64,000 bases of DNA from Rhizaria sp. SCN 62-66. Its lineage: Eukaryota. The stretch lies in contig MEDY01000013.1 of assembly GCA_001724265.1 (NCBI GenBank), forward strand, positions 1 through 64,000, in the 5' to 3' direction. The notes under the pieces are model-generated. The model worked only from the letters and a program-made list of their open reading frames with translations. It was not told where the DNA came from and ran no database searches. Both the position numbers and the translations under genes were made by a program. Below, in pieces: positions 25,330 through 39,548 of the stretch (position 1 is its first letter; each line of letters begins with the position of its first letter).

Positions 25330-26250
25330 CTCTTGACACTTCGATGCTCATTAGCTGGTTTCATTGTTGTCATCGAGGCCAAAGAGATCAGAGACGTTGC
25401 GCGAACCCTTCGACGCAAGGGGAACAGCTAACCATTATTTTGCATCCGTTAGCTTGCAAATATCGCCGTTAGTAACATTCGCGCAGCGTCATCTTCAACA
25501 CAAAAACGCCGCATAATCACCACAAGCACCACCATCCTCTGTAGGATCGCCTCTCTCGCACCACAACTCTCCGTCTCTTCACTTCCGTTTGATGACCCCC
25601 TCCATGTCTTTTCAACTGTCGTGAGAAGGAAGACGATGATCGCTTGTTGCGAGAGCGGTGTTATTCCCCCATTGATGTACTGCTGTCACTGTCGTCATTC
25701 CTTGCCACAGGTCTTTTTGTGTTGTTTCCCTCTTTCACTCTCTCTCTCTCCTAGCGCCAAGCACTGCTCACCTGAGGCAGCTTTCGCTACAGACGAAATG
25801 CGCGGCTCGGACAGTTTCGCAGACTGAACCCCGCGCTATTTTACCTCAGCGCCACAGCACTCTCTCACTGATGTGAACCTATTCTTAAGCCATTTCAGCT
25901 CTGATTTGCTTGACCTAAATTCAAATCAAGAGTCTTGAGTGTTGTCTTCGTTTTCTACTTTGCGTGCTGCAATCGTTCGCCTCTAAAGAGGTGTTTCAGC
26001 GTGTGTGTTTTGTACCCCTGTATATGTCTTGTCAACCCGCCGTATTATTGCTCTTCCATACGTGCTCTATTTAAGCGACAACTGATTGTGTTTTCAACAG
26101 CAACGACTACTTACATGCAACTGTAAGTGCCGTTGCTCTCTACATAGTCGCTTATTCTAGCACTTACTGAAAGGTACGGCCACGACAAGGCAATAGCTAC
26201 GAAACACACACCATAGCACGCATCGGCGCAAACAAGATGCGTAACAACAA
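25330..26250 (+). ncRNA. Candidate multi-domain structured RNA in the leader / possible 5'-UTR intron of DBP2
   Basis: Several nested stems found by eye, e.g. 25393-25405/25478-25490 (13 bp), 25496-25506/25714-25724 (11 bp), 26001-26014/26198-26211 (14 bp). G-U pairs favour the + strand. No credible ORF. Confidence 0.4.
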
Positions 26251-26615
26251 CAACAACAACAACAACAGTGGCGTGAACAACGACACGAAGCGTCTGTGAC
26301 TGGTGCCACATAACGCACAGGGATTGTTTACGAGAGAACAGATAATGGATTTGAAATGCACTATTTGTCGCTGAGGCGCAAGTGGCCACGCTTTCATTCA
26401 CAACTCATGGCAGCAGCGAAGATGACAGCGACCGATTTACGACGAAACATGAGCTCAGAGAGAGACCTCACAACAACCACACTTGAGCAACTATGGGGGC
26501 ACATCACAATCTACTTTCGACATTCTTTGTGCAAATAGTGACCTCGTATATTTTCTCTTAATTTCACTCACATTTAGCTCCTTTTCATTCCGTCTACTTA
26601 CATTTCCCCACTTAG

Positions 26616-29200
<2,585 letters not shown>

Positions 29201-29931
29201 GCTCAACACCGGTTTTAGGTGTGGTGCGTGTGAGTAAGTGAGTGCGCCAACCCAGTGAAGTTGCACTGCACGGGCCGACGGACGAGGTATAATATATTAA
29301 TACAAGCGAAGTTGTGATGAGATTTTTTAAAAGCATACAAAAACGAGTTTTTCTATCCACAACTTGATTTGATCGGGTCAATCTGAGGATATTACGACCC
29401 ATATATTTTGTTTACATGCGTGCGCGCCTAAGCATTTTTGTACTTGTGGATGTTGTACAGTTCATATCATCGTTACCAACAACGCGAAAAAGTTCAGAGA
29501 ATATTCGATGTGGCGTTGTAACATAAAATCAATTCTTTATTTCTTGAATTTTGATTTAAATGAGCGAAGATACAAAAGCTTTGGGCGCGTGGCCACCTTA
29601 CTCCGGAGATGTGTTGTCATCGGGGTTCCTGGCCCGAAAAAATGTTGACTGACGGTCAGCGCGTGCAGCCACAGGGAGAAGGAGGCCAATTGGAGGTCTT
29701 CTAAACGCATGTCGTGTGAGTTTTCTCGTATAAAACTGGAATTTTATTAAAGCCCTTTGCGTAGATAATAATAATATTTGCATTATATGTTTGCCGACGA
29801 TGTTTAGCACGTCAAACACGTCCAGATTCATTCCTTGCTACACCTTGGCTTCCCTCTCACCCCACGTATTTTCATATCCCTCTCCTCACGTCGCTGCTCT
29901 TTCTTATTCGCTGATCGCTTGCTGCAGAGGC

Positions 29932-32900
29932 ATGTCCGCGCCCCCGCCGCCCCCGCCGGGCCTTGACATGGACTTCGGCCCCGCTGTCCCGGCCGCCGCG
30001 CCCAAGCCCGGTGGCTTGCTCGCTGGCATTCAAGGCTTCAACAAGGGCGGTCTTAAGAAGGCCACCACAGTCGACAAGTCCGGCCCCCTTACCGCCGCAG
30101 GCGCTAATTCTGGTGGCGGTGGCGGTGGGTCCTCCTCCTCCGCGTCCTCCGCGCCCTCCGGTGGTCCCCCCGGCCTCGCAGCCGCCCTCGCTGCCCGTCG
30201 CGCTGCTGCTGGCGGCGGTGGCGGCGGCGCTGCTGCTGCTGCTCCGGCGCCGATGACCCGCGGCCCCCCGCCCGCTGCCGCCGCTGCCGGTGGTCCCCCG
30301 CGCTTTGGCGCCCCCGCTGCCGCCGGTCCTGGCGCTGGTGCTGGCGCTGGCGGCCCCCCGCGCTTTGGCGGCCCTGCTGGCGGACCGCCCCCCATGCAGC
30401 AACAAAGCGCCGCCGCGGCTCCCCCGCGATTCGGCGGCGCTGGCGGTCCTCCGCCTCCGATGCAGCAGCAGAGCGCGCCCCCACCCGCGTTCTCCCGCCC
30501 TCCGCCGCCCGCGGCCGCCCCCGCTGCAGCCAGCGCGGGAACTGGGGGCCCGCCGCCGCCGCCGATGATGGACATGGACTTCGGCGCCCCTGCGCCCCCC
30601 GTGGCCGCAGCCTCGCGCCCGCCCGCCCCCGGCGGCGGCGGCGGCGGCCTCCTCGCTGGCATCCAGGGCTTCAACAAGGGCGGCCTTAAGAAGGCTGTCA
30701 CCGTCGACAAGTCGGCCCCCATCACCGCTGCCTCCGGCCCTGCGGGCGCCGCCTCCGGCTCCGGCGCTGGCGCCACTCCATCCGGCGGCCCCCCCGGCCT
30801 CGCCGCGGCTCTGGCTGCCCGCCGCGCTGGCGCTGGCTCTGGCGCAAGTAACCCCCCGCCCGCCGCTGCGTCCTCAGCGCCCAAGTGGGGCTCGCCGTCT
30901 CCTGCCCCCGCGGCCGCTGCCACGCCCGCGCCCGCCAAGTCCTGGGGCACTCCTTCCCCTGCCCCGGCCTCCGCTGCCGCCGCGCCGGCGCCCCGCCAGT
31001 GGGGCAACAACAACACACCCGCGCCTGCCCCCGCTGCGGCGGCCGGCCCGCCCGCGTTCGCCGGCGCCAACCGCGGCCCACCACCGATGTCGCCGCCCGC
31101 GGCCTCGGCACCCCCGCCCGCGCCGGCGATGGCCGCCGCCGCCAGAGCGCCGCCGCCCGCATTCACTCCCCCCGCGGCCGCCGCGGCCGCCGCGAGTGGC
31201 CCTCCGCCTGCGCCCGCGTTTGACTTCGGCCCCCCGGCTCCGGCCCCCGCAGCCGCTGCCCCTGCCCCCTCTGGCGGCGGCGGCGGCGGCCTCCTGGCCG
31301 GTATCCAGGGCTTCAACAAGGGCGGCCTGAAGAAGGCCGTCACGGTTGACAAGTCCGCTCCCATCACCAGCAACAACGCCAGCGCCGCCAGCAGCTCCAG
31401 CACCAGCGCCAGCTCAGGTGGCGGGCCCCCCGGCCTCGCCGCCGCGCTTGCAGCCCGCCGCGCCGGCGCTGGCGCTGGCGCTGGAAGCTCACCTGCTTTC
31501 ACTCCTGCGCCCGCGCCCGCGCTTGTGACTGCATCTCCCGGCTTTGGTGCCCGCCCGGCGCCGCCGTCCTTCACGCCTAGCACGCCCGTGTCTTCCGCGA
31601 ACACCGCATCCGCGCCCCCGCCCGCTTTCTCTCCTCCCATGCCCGCCGCCGCTGCTGCGCCTGCACCCGCGCCCGCGGTGCGCGGCCCCCCGCCCGTGAT
31701 GCCGCCTCACCCGACCCCCGCCGCCATGGCCGCCGCCCACGCTAACCAGCCTCCCCCCGCGGGTCCCGCGGGTCCGCCTCCGGCGGTGCCGCCGCGCCGG
31801 CCGTCGACGCTCAACAGCGCGCCCCCCACGATGCCGCCGCCGCCGGCCGCGCTCATCTCGTCGCCACCTCAGTCCGCCGCGCCGTCCCCCTTCGTCTCCC
31901 CTCAGCAACAGAGCGCGGGTGCCGGAGGAGCGCGCCCGCCGCCGCCGATGTTCTCGTCGCCTCCCCAGTCGACCACCAACGCTGCTGGTGCCGGAATCGG
32001 TGCGCGCCCCGGTGGTTTCGGCTCTCCGCCGCCGCCGATGGGCTCGACGCCGGCCTCCGCAGCCCCCACGCCGAGCGCCGCCGGCGCCGCTGCGGGCCCT
32101 GCGGCCGCGTTCGGTTACCGCCCCGCCACGCCGGCCTCGCGCCCGCTCTTCGCCAACAACGCCGGTGCTGGCGCTGGGGCGAGTCCGGCGATGTCCCCGC
32201 TCGTGTCCCCCGCGGCGACCAACGCCAACACGGCCGCCTCGGCCACGGCCGCGTCCGCCGCTGCGCTCGGCGCGCTGACGCTGCCGAACAAGCCCCCCGC
32301 GGTGGCATCGTCCAAGTACTGGGTGGCGGAGCTGCTGGTGGATCACATCATCATGAAAATTAACGACGGTCGCTCGCCCGTTGAATCGATCTTCTCTGAG
32401 CCCGGGTACAAGCCCCAGGTCGACGCCCTTTTCGCCTTCGTCAACCCGGACTCGACGATCCCCGGCGCGCCCAACGCGGTCCACGCGTCCGCCATCCGCG
32501 CCCAGCTGACGACCAAGTACTTGGACGAGTACAGCACGCTGGCCATCGCCGATGTTGTCAAGAAGTGGCTCGGCGCCGCGGCGCCCATCTTCGCCGAGTC
32601 GGCCTTTTCGGACGCGGCGCGCGTGGCCAACGGCGGCGACAAGGTCTCCGGCCTCGCCGGGCTGATCTCGCGGCTCGAGATGCCCGCGCAGGCCATTCTG
32701 GCGCAGATCATGCGCATGTGCCTGGCCATCACGCAGGCCGAGGCGCGCACTAAGATCTCCCGCGCGCGCCTCGCGCACGTGCTTGGCCCGGCCGTGTTCC
32801 GCTCGCCCATGGACATCGACGCGCTCAAGAACGTCAAGAACGTCAACTCGTTGCTCGAGGACATGATTGCAAACGCCAGTACACTGTGCGCCGCCGGGGC

Positions 32901-33003
32901 GCAGGCCCTCAACGGCGGCGTCGCGGTAGGGGCAGGCGCGGGCGGGGCGCCGCAGATGCCCGGCGGCGCGCCGCCACGCATGATGATGGGGGGACGCTAC
33001 TAA
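29932..33003 (+). CDS. Proline-rich WIP/verprolin-like protein with three WH2-like repeats and a C-terminal RhoGAP-like domain (1023 aa)
   Basis: Three copies of LLAGIQGFNKGGLKKAxTVDKSxP (WH2-type LKKA/T motif) among poly-Pro tracts. The C-terminal ESIFSEPG...IADVVKKWL...PIF...KISRARLAHVLGPAVFRS matches RhoGAP fold spacing. ATG at 29932 follows a pyrimidine tract and CAG. Ends in TAA. Confidence 0.75.
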   Translation: MSAPPPPPPGLDMDFGPAVPAAAPKPGGLLAGIQGFNKGGLKKATTVDKSGPLTAAGANSGGGGGGSSSSASSAPSGGPPGLAAALAARRAAAGGGGGGAAAAAPAPMTRGPPPAAAAAGGPPRFGAPAAAGPGAGAGAGGPPRFGGPAGGPPPMQQQSAAAAPPRFGGAGGPPPPMQQQSAPPPAFSRPPPPAAAPAAASAGTGGPPPPPMMDMDFGAPAPPVAAASRPPAPGGGGGGLLAGIQGFNKGGLKKAVTVDKSAPITAASGPAGAASGSGAGATPSGGPPGLAAALAARRAGAGSGASNPPPAAASSAPKWGSPSPAPAAAATPAPAKSWGTPSPAPASAAAAPAPRQWGNNNTPAPAPAAAAGPPAFAGANRGPPPMSPPAASAPPPAPAMAAAARAPPPAFTPPAAAAAAASGPPPAPAFDFGPPAPAPAAAAPAPSGGGGGGLLAGIQGFNKGGLKKAVTVDKSAPITSNNASAASSSSTSASSGGGPPGLAAALAARRAGAGAGAGSSPAFTPAPAPALVTASPGFGARPAPPSFTPSTPVSSANTASAPPPAFSPPMPAAAAAPAPAPAVRGPPPVMPPHPTPAAMAAAHANQPPPAGPAGPPPAVPPRRPSTLNSAPPTMPPPPAALISSPPQSAAPSPFVSPQQQSAGAGGARPPPPMFSSPPQSTTNAAGAGIGARPGGFGSPPPPMGSTPASAAPTPSAAGAAAGPAAAFGYRPATPASRPLFANNAGAGAGASPAMSPLVSPAATNANTAASATAASAAALGALTLPNKPPAVASSKYWVAELLVDHIIMKINDGRSPVESIFSEPGYKPQVDALFAFVNPDSTIPGAPNAVHASAIRAQLTTKYLDEYSTLAIADVVKKWLGAAAPIFAESAFSDAARVANGGDKVSGLAGLISRLEMPAQAILAQIMRMCLAITQAEARTKISRARLAHVLGPAVFRSPMDIDALKNVKNVNSLLEDMIANASTLCAAGAQALNGGVAVGAGAGGAPQMPGGAPPRMMMGGRY

Positions 33004-33412
33004 GAAAGTCATTAAATAGCAGGCAGTGGCTTTCACGTAAGTTCCGAAAGTGATTCAACTTGAGAGAGAGTAGTCGTCGAGGTGTTGCACATTTTTTGCT
33101 TCAGTCATCAACAGAATCAAACATTTTTATCCGGAAAAAAAAATAAGCCGAGGAGAGTGCTGACTTTTTTCGCTTTTGTTTCAAGAGAGCAGGAGGAAAA
33201 CGAGACCGCAGCAAGAACCAAAGCCCTATCAGACCAATTTTTACACAAGTATACCTTTTCATTTTCTTTTTGTCATACCAAATGATCATTGTTCAAGACT
33301 CTTATTATGCTATAAAGTAGTGATCAGAGGGTTGTTACGAAAGTATGCTCTTCAAATCATTACGCCACAATAATACAAAACAAAACTAAAACTAAAATCT
33401 CCAAAAACTTCG

Positions 33413-33585
33413 AGTCCAGTTGTAAAGGATCCGCGGCCGGCCGCGATTGGCACGCTAAGGGATCTTGTTCGGAATTAAGCCCTCCACTTAGCTGGATACA
33501 AATGTCATGAGGTTAGCTTCAGGTGTACATGCTCACTTTTGAGGACTGTTTGCGAGGCTAGCGGGCGCTGGTGTGTGCCACAGAT
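33413..33585 (+). ncRNA. Candidate box H/ACA-like RNA
   Basis: GC-richer island between convergent 3' ends with the layout hairpin (33415-33496), ATACAA (ANANNA, 33496-33501), second hairpin (33512-33562 core), ACA at 33580-33582. Confidence 0.3.
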
Positions 33586-33726
33586 GTTTCAAAAAGCGGT
33601 TTTCTATGTATTAAATATCCGAATTTAAATATAAGAATTTAAAGAATACATGTACTTGTGGATTCAAATTATTTTGTAATGACGTATCCATATATACAGA
33701 GATCATATGTGTTCTTTGAAGTTGTT

Positions 33727-36700
33727 TTAAGTAAAGATTGACATTGCAGCGTCGCTCCATAGAGCTTCGTCATCAACGTTGTTGCTGCCACCTTGAACAG
33801 TGTGATTAGCCATTGCTGCAGCCGAGCTACTCAGAGTGCTAGACTGCATCTGCAACGCCGCCAAGGCGTTTTTGTGGTACATGTTGCGTTCAGCACGCAC
33901 ATGACCTTCTTCCTCCTCTTCCTCCTCCTCGTGCTGACGAGCAAGCGCTCTATTTTGCTGTGTCTGCGCACTATGCTGTGATTTGGCTGCAAAAATTGAG
34001 TAGCGACCCTCAGTCGTCTGTATAATTTGCTTTTGCGGTACCAGTGCGTGGCTCATTTCGCGCGCCTTCTCCGCAGCAGCCTGGAGTGCCATAATTGGAG
34101 CCATCTGTTCCCACAGAAACGCGTCAGCCACCTCCTCGCTGCTACCAGTACCACTCTCCGCATGTGCACTCTTTGCAGCAACTTTAGCCCCGCTGGCAAG
34201 CGCGGCGACGTTGATGTACCTACGATTCGGGACTGGCGGCGGCATGCGAGCACTCTGTGGAGTGACTGGAGCTAGGCTGTGAGGACTCGAAACAATTGCA
34301 CTGTTGTTCGGTGACGCGACGCGTGGCGCGGCGTTTGCTTGATGAGGAGATTCAGCAACATGCTCGTCATCTGTGTTAACAATACGAGCAATTGGTGCAC
34401 TGTTGTCCCCCGTGCTGCGCCGAACAGCGGCTGCAGCTGCGTATGCGTCAAGTACACGCTGTTGCGATGCTGATACGGGCCCCCATGCACTGCTAGCGGG
34501 CGTATGGCTTTGAATAACAACTGGTTGGCTGTACGCAGCACTGACTTGGTTGCTCTTAGCCGAAGATTGCGGAAACCGGTTCATTTGGTTGAAGTGAGTT
34601 GGCGTCTGCGCCTGTGCAGTAGCAGACGGACTTAAGCTTTGGACAGCTGCAGGCTGATGACGATGCGTCTGAGGCTACCAGTGTAGCTAATATTGATTCG
34701 GAACATGTGCTTGTGTAGAGGACATTGACTGCGCAGGTGGACAAGGCTAATACCGTGACTGCAGCTGCGCGTTAGTTAGTGACTGGAACGGTGCCTGCGT
34801 CCCTGACTGCAACGCTGCTTGTGGCCGCAAAGCCGGTTGGTTTAGCGACAAAGCCGGTGTTGATAATGAGGAAGACAACGACGACGAGTACGCAGAAGGC
34901 GTTGATGCGGGGAATGAAAACACGTCAGAGTAAAATATCTGACTATCCTCGTCCGCAAGTGCAACTGTTAACGGCTTCTTTACGTTGCTCTGCTTTGGGT
35001 TACGACTATTCTTTGCCGCCGAAACTGCAGTCACCGAATTCGCAGTGTTGCGTGCTTCGCGGGGCGCAACCACTAAGTTCTTCTCCCTGGTGGTCCAGTT
35101 CTAGTGTTTTCTCGACAACTTTGAGTGTTCAAAGTCAGTGCCTTGTGTAGAGCGCACAAACTGTATCAGCTGTTCAGTCGTGTCTGAGCGGTTACGATCA
35201 TTATTTTTGGTCGTGTGCAAAAGTGGCGTTGCCAAGGTACTGCTCCGCGTCTCTTTGATTGCCTTATGACTGCTGTTCGAAGGTGAAACGTTGCTCTTGG
35301 AACCCACCACGGCTGCGTTACTCCTCAAATGCTGATTATTGTTGTAGTGTTGTTGCGCGTGATACTTTGATTGTAGCTGTTGTTGCTGCTGCTGTGTCTC
35401 ACGGTTGTAAATAGAGCGCAGAGCAGCCGTGTTGTTAGGAATGGGAGAAATGATTGGTTGTCTATGCTGCAACGGGGCACTGCTCTGCTGCTCTTGCGTG
35501 GGCGTGATCGCTGGAGCAACAGTAGCTGCATTGCTGCCGACACTCATGATCAACGATGGTGGTGCGCGCAGGTTGCTCGCCGTTGAGGTAATCGGCGTAT
35601 TAATATTATACGCCGTGCTAACAGGTGCAGTACTTTGACTCCCACGTACGTTAGGATTGTTGCTAGCCGTGCTGTCACCTACGCCGTAATTTGACTTGCC
35701 CGTCATAGTCATTAAAAGCCCGTTTGTCCAAATGCCAGCCATGCGCTCCCCGTTCGCCATGACCATCACGCCCGATCCCTCGGCCAGATCATTTGCCCAC
35801 AGTCCTTCGTGGCATGTGCCGTCAGGCCAGGTAAAGGCACCCTGTCCGCACCGCATGTTGTTGTGCCAGTAGCCGGTATAACGCGCGCCGTTGGCGTATT
35901 GCATTTCACCAAAACCGCTGCGCACAGTGCTCACAGACATCTGCTGCTGTTGCTGATGGTCTTGACTTGCGTGGCTGTTGTTAATGCTGCTGGACTCGCT
36001 TTGCGACGGTGTATCTTGTTCTGAAGTACGCCGTGTGCGCTTGACGATTACGTTGCCAGTGTAGCACGCGCCGTCAGGCCAGTTAATAGTGATGAAACGG
36101 TGTTCAGCCAAAGGCATAGGTTCACTAACTGAAGGTGTGGATAAATGAATAACTGGAGGAGTCGCGTTCATAGGAGATTGGCAAAGCTCTTGGGCAGCAC
36201 CGCGCGCGTATTGCTGTGACTGTTGCTGTTGTAGAGGATAGTACTATTGGCTCCGCACATATGCGTGCGCATATGTGTGATGGGGTTGTTGCAGCTGTTG
36301 CTGTTGATCATACGCATGTCGCTGCTGCTGACCATACGTGACGCTCTGGCTATGTTGCAACGGCTCCGGACCAAGAGACGGCGAACTCTGCGATTGCAGC
36401 TGTCCGCCGTGCAGTGACTGCGACTGCGAATGCTGCAACTGCGCAGGATGTGACTGGGAAAGCTGCAGCTGTAAGTGCTGCAAATCCGGGACCTAAGCCT
36501 GCGACTGGAGCTGGACATGCGACTAAAACTGACCTTGATCCTGGGCATCAGGCTTCAAATAAAGCCGAGACTGAGGTAATGGTTGCGTGCAAGGCGTTTG
36601 TGAGCGCAGATAATCAAGAGGACTCGGATACTGCCGGTACGAGCTGCTGCTACAATTGCTAGGACTGTTTGAGACAGCGCCAGACAGTATTGCCTTCGCA

Positions 36701-38340
36701 TTAACCGCCGGGGTTTCAAGAGTTGCTGACGGTGATGCAGGCGCCTGTGTTTGTGTCGGTGTTGCTGGTGTTGTGTCAATTGCGCGTGCAAAGAAAAACG
36801 CCGGTGAGTTGGGCATCAGCGGTGAAAGCACGTGTGCTGGAGAATGCGACTTCTTAGGAGCAGTTATCGGTGTAGTGGAAACAGATTGTGACTCATGATG
36901 CTGCGGTGGAGATGTTAAAGACAGTGGTGGCACTGGGAGCGTTTGTACAGATGATGATGACTGAGACTGGGCAATAGAAACAGTGGTTTGAGAATGAGCC
37001 GCATCTGCCGCGGATGTTGGAGAGACAGCAACACTGCTGTCGGCTAGGCTACTGTTCAGCATCACTGAGGTATTTGCGGCCGTCAATGCGATCGGCGATG
37101 GTGCAGCTGATAAAACTGCTGCTGCAGCTTCTCGAGCCGTGGCAGCAGCTGTCTGCAAAGCCGTCGGTATTAATGCGGCTGTGTACGCATCACGGAAGAA
37201 GCTCGCTGACACAGGCTCTGCAGTAAAAATGGGAGCAGAGATAACAAGTCCTGAGTAACTCCGGTAGATGGTTTCGGGATGGCTTGAGACTGTAGCCTCC
37301 GGTAGTGACTCGTTCGCCGGCTTCTCAATGACAGCAGTATTAACGGCGCTCGCATCAGCGGACACAGTCTCACGACGGATAGGTGTCACTGCCGAAGATA
37401 CAGGAACGGTCACCGCTGCTGTGACGACAAACGGGGTCAGAACGGTAGGTACTCCTGGTGGTGCGGACTCTACATGCTCCGCAGCTGTCGACCGGATTGG
37501 TGCCGTGTTTGTCGGCGCTGGCGGTGCAGGACGGCGCCGCAGTGGGAGCGGGGGCGGCTGCTGCTGCTGCTGCTGCTGTTGAGACGGCGTGCGCTGCAGC
37601 AACAGAGCCAATTCCTGCGACTGGCTCTGTTGTGGCTGCGCCTGTTGTAGCAGCACGGGTGCTGTGACGGTCTGAGTTTGCTCATGCGCCTGCTGTTGCT
37701 GTGAGGTGAAGTCAGCGCTCGAAGCTTGTTCGCTATGTTGCTGCTCAGTGAGCTGCTTGCTTGGTAATGCGTGTGCCGCTAATGCTGCCGCTGTGGGAGA
37801 CAGTAAAAGATTCAGACGCCGCTGCTGGCTCGGTTGCGGCAGCGCTGTGTGAAACGTCGGGGCGCACACTGACGGTTCCGGTTGTATCAGATCATCATCA
37901 TCATCGACGCCGTCCTCCAACTCCTGCCCAAGCGTACCTATATCGCTCTTAACACTGGGCTACACGTGAGTGTGCGGACCAGCAACTGGGCTAACCCCAG
38001 CCTCACCGTCTTTGTTAGACTCTGCGTCAGAGTCGTCGGTGTAGTCGCTGCTGAGGGAGATGTCGACTGGAAGATCGTCAAGAATCTCATGGGCATCGTT
38101 GCCTTTTGGTGCGATCGCCTGCTTTGGGGCAACGCTGGCAACGTACTGCGGTTTAGTTGCTGATTTAGGCGGCACTACTGTGATCTTAGTCTCTGATGTT
38201 GAAGTCGCGGCACCTTGATGGCACTGTTTCGGCTGCTGATGTTGCTGATGCTGCGGCTTCTGCTGCTGTGACGGTGTATCAACAACATCGACCGGCTTTG
38301 CAGCACGCTTGGACTTAACTCCAAAGAATGATAGTTTCAT
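33727..38340 (-). CDS. MORN-repeat-containing, Q/S/P-rich protein (1537 aa, eight internal TAG codons), intronless
   Basis: Single frame from ATG 38340 (preceded by an in-frame TAA) to TAA 33727-33729, interrupted only by TAG. MORN repeats at about 35715-36085: GFGEMQYANGARYTGYWHNNMRCGQGAFTWPDGTCHEGLWANDLAEGSGVMVMANGERMAGIW. Confidence 0.8.
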
Positions 38341-39548
38341 TAACAAAGCTTAGCAATGTTGTCAGCGTGTCTTGTGTGTGTGCTATATCGTCAAAGCGTG
38401 CAACTGGTCGAAGAGTGACCAAGGGAGATGTGAAACAAACTCCAGTGTTAACGCACAGAAACGGCCTGCCTAAGTAAAAAGACAAAACAAACAAGTTTTC
38501 AAGTGTGCAATTGTAAGGTTGCCTTGTTCATATTCGAACGCAAATCTTCTATCAGTATCTTTGCTCGCTTTCTTTGCTCTACGATTGCGACGGTCTTCTT
38601 CCACTGGAATGAGTCGTTACTTAGCTCAATACACCGCTCTATAACAAGGTAATGTCAAATATAAATCTGGTACCCAAGGAGTTCAGTACATTCAAGTCTG
38701 TTTCTAACAAATAATGCACATGAAGCTTCTGTTTCATAGAACTACATACAAAATACGTGTGTCGGAGCAGCGGCCACCAGGCCAACCTCAATTCAATGGA
38801 TCGGATTGCGACTGCATCCAAACCTCCGCGGGACAAACCGAAACCAGCGATATATCTTACAAGAGTCTGGCTCGCAGCATGGGCATACATTTTACATTGA
38901 TTCCATGGGAATTCACGCTTTTCAACTCAAATATAGGCATATATTTCTGTATATGTCGTGTTTTGTGACAATGTAACGTCAGAGCCAGTAATCGTGGAAA
39001 AAGCTTTGGCATAACATAGTGTGGATAGAGAAAATAAAATTGTCGTATGTATTTAGGTAGAGTTGTTTTGCTATGAAACAAGCGTTGTTAAGCGCTCGTC
39101 ACTCTTTCGTAAAAGTCCGTATCAGCAGGATACGTGACATTTCCAGGTGTTAAAACCACCGCATTATGAGTTCTTCCCTTAAGCGCGAACGCAAGGGTGC
39201 AATTCTTTGTAAGTAAAAAAAAGAAATTATAGAAATCGTGTCTTTAGAAAACAAATATCCGCGAGTAGCACCGACATGAAGTACTACCACACGTCTCTTC
39301 TTTGAAATTGTGCTATGTTGTGTCTTCTTTTCTCTCTGCAAGCTCTCAACTCCTGACCTAGACTGATATTTTCATAAAACTGTTCTGTTTTATGCCCGCG
39401 GCGGCTGATCTACTCAGCACACATACGCGTTGCACATAAGAACAAAACAACTCCAGTTAGCGGCTCAGCCTTGTCTGTTATATCGGAATCAGCAGCGAGA
39501 AGTCTCCTCTCTCAGAGAGCGGCGCTTTGTGACGTTGACGTCAGACAT

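Noticed and set aside
33727-38340. A-to-I editing of UAG to UGG (Trp) as the rescue mechanism
   Set aside because: The TAGs lie in Gln-rich disordered sequence where Trp is unlikely, and TAG is also absent as a true stop. Formally needs RNA data to exclude.
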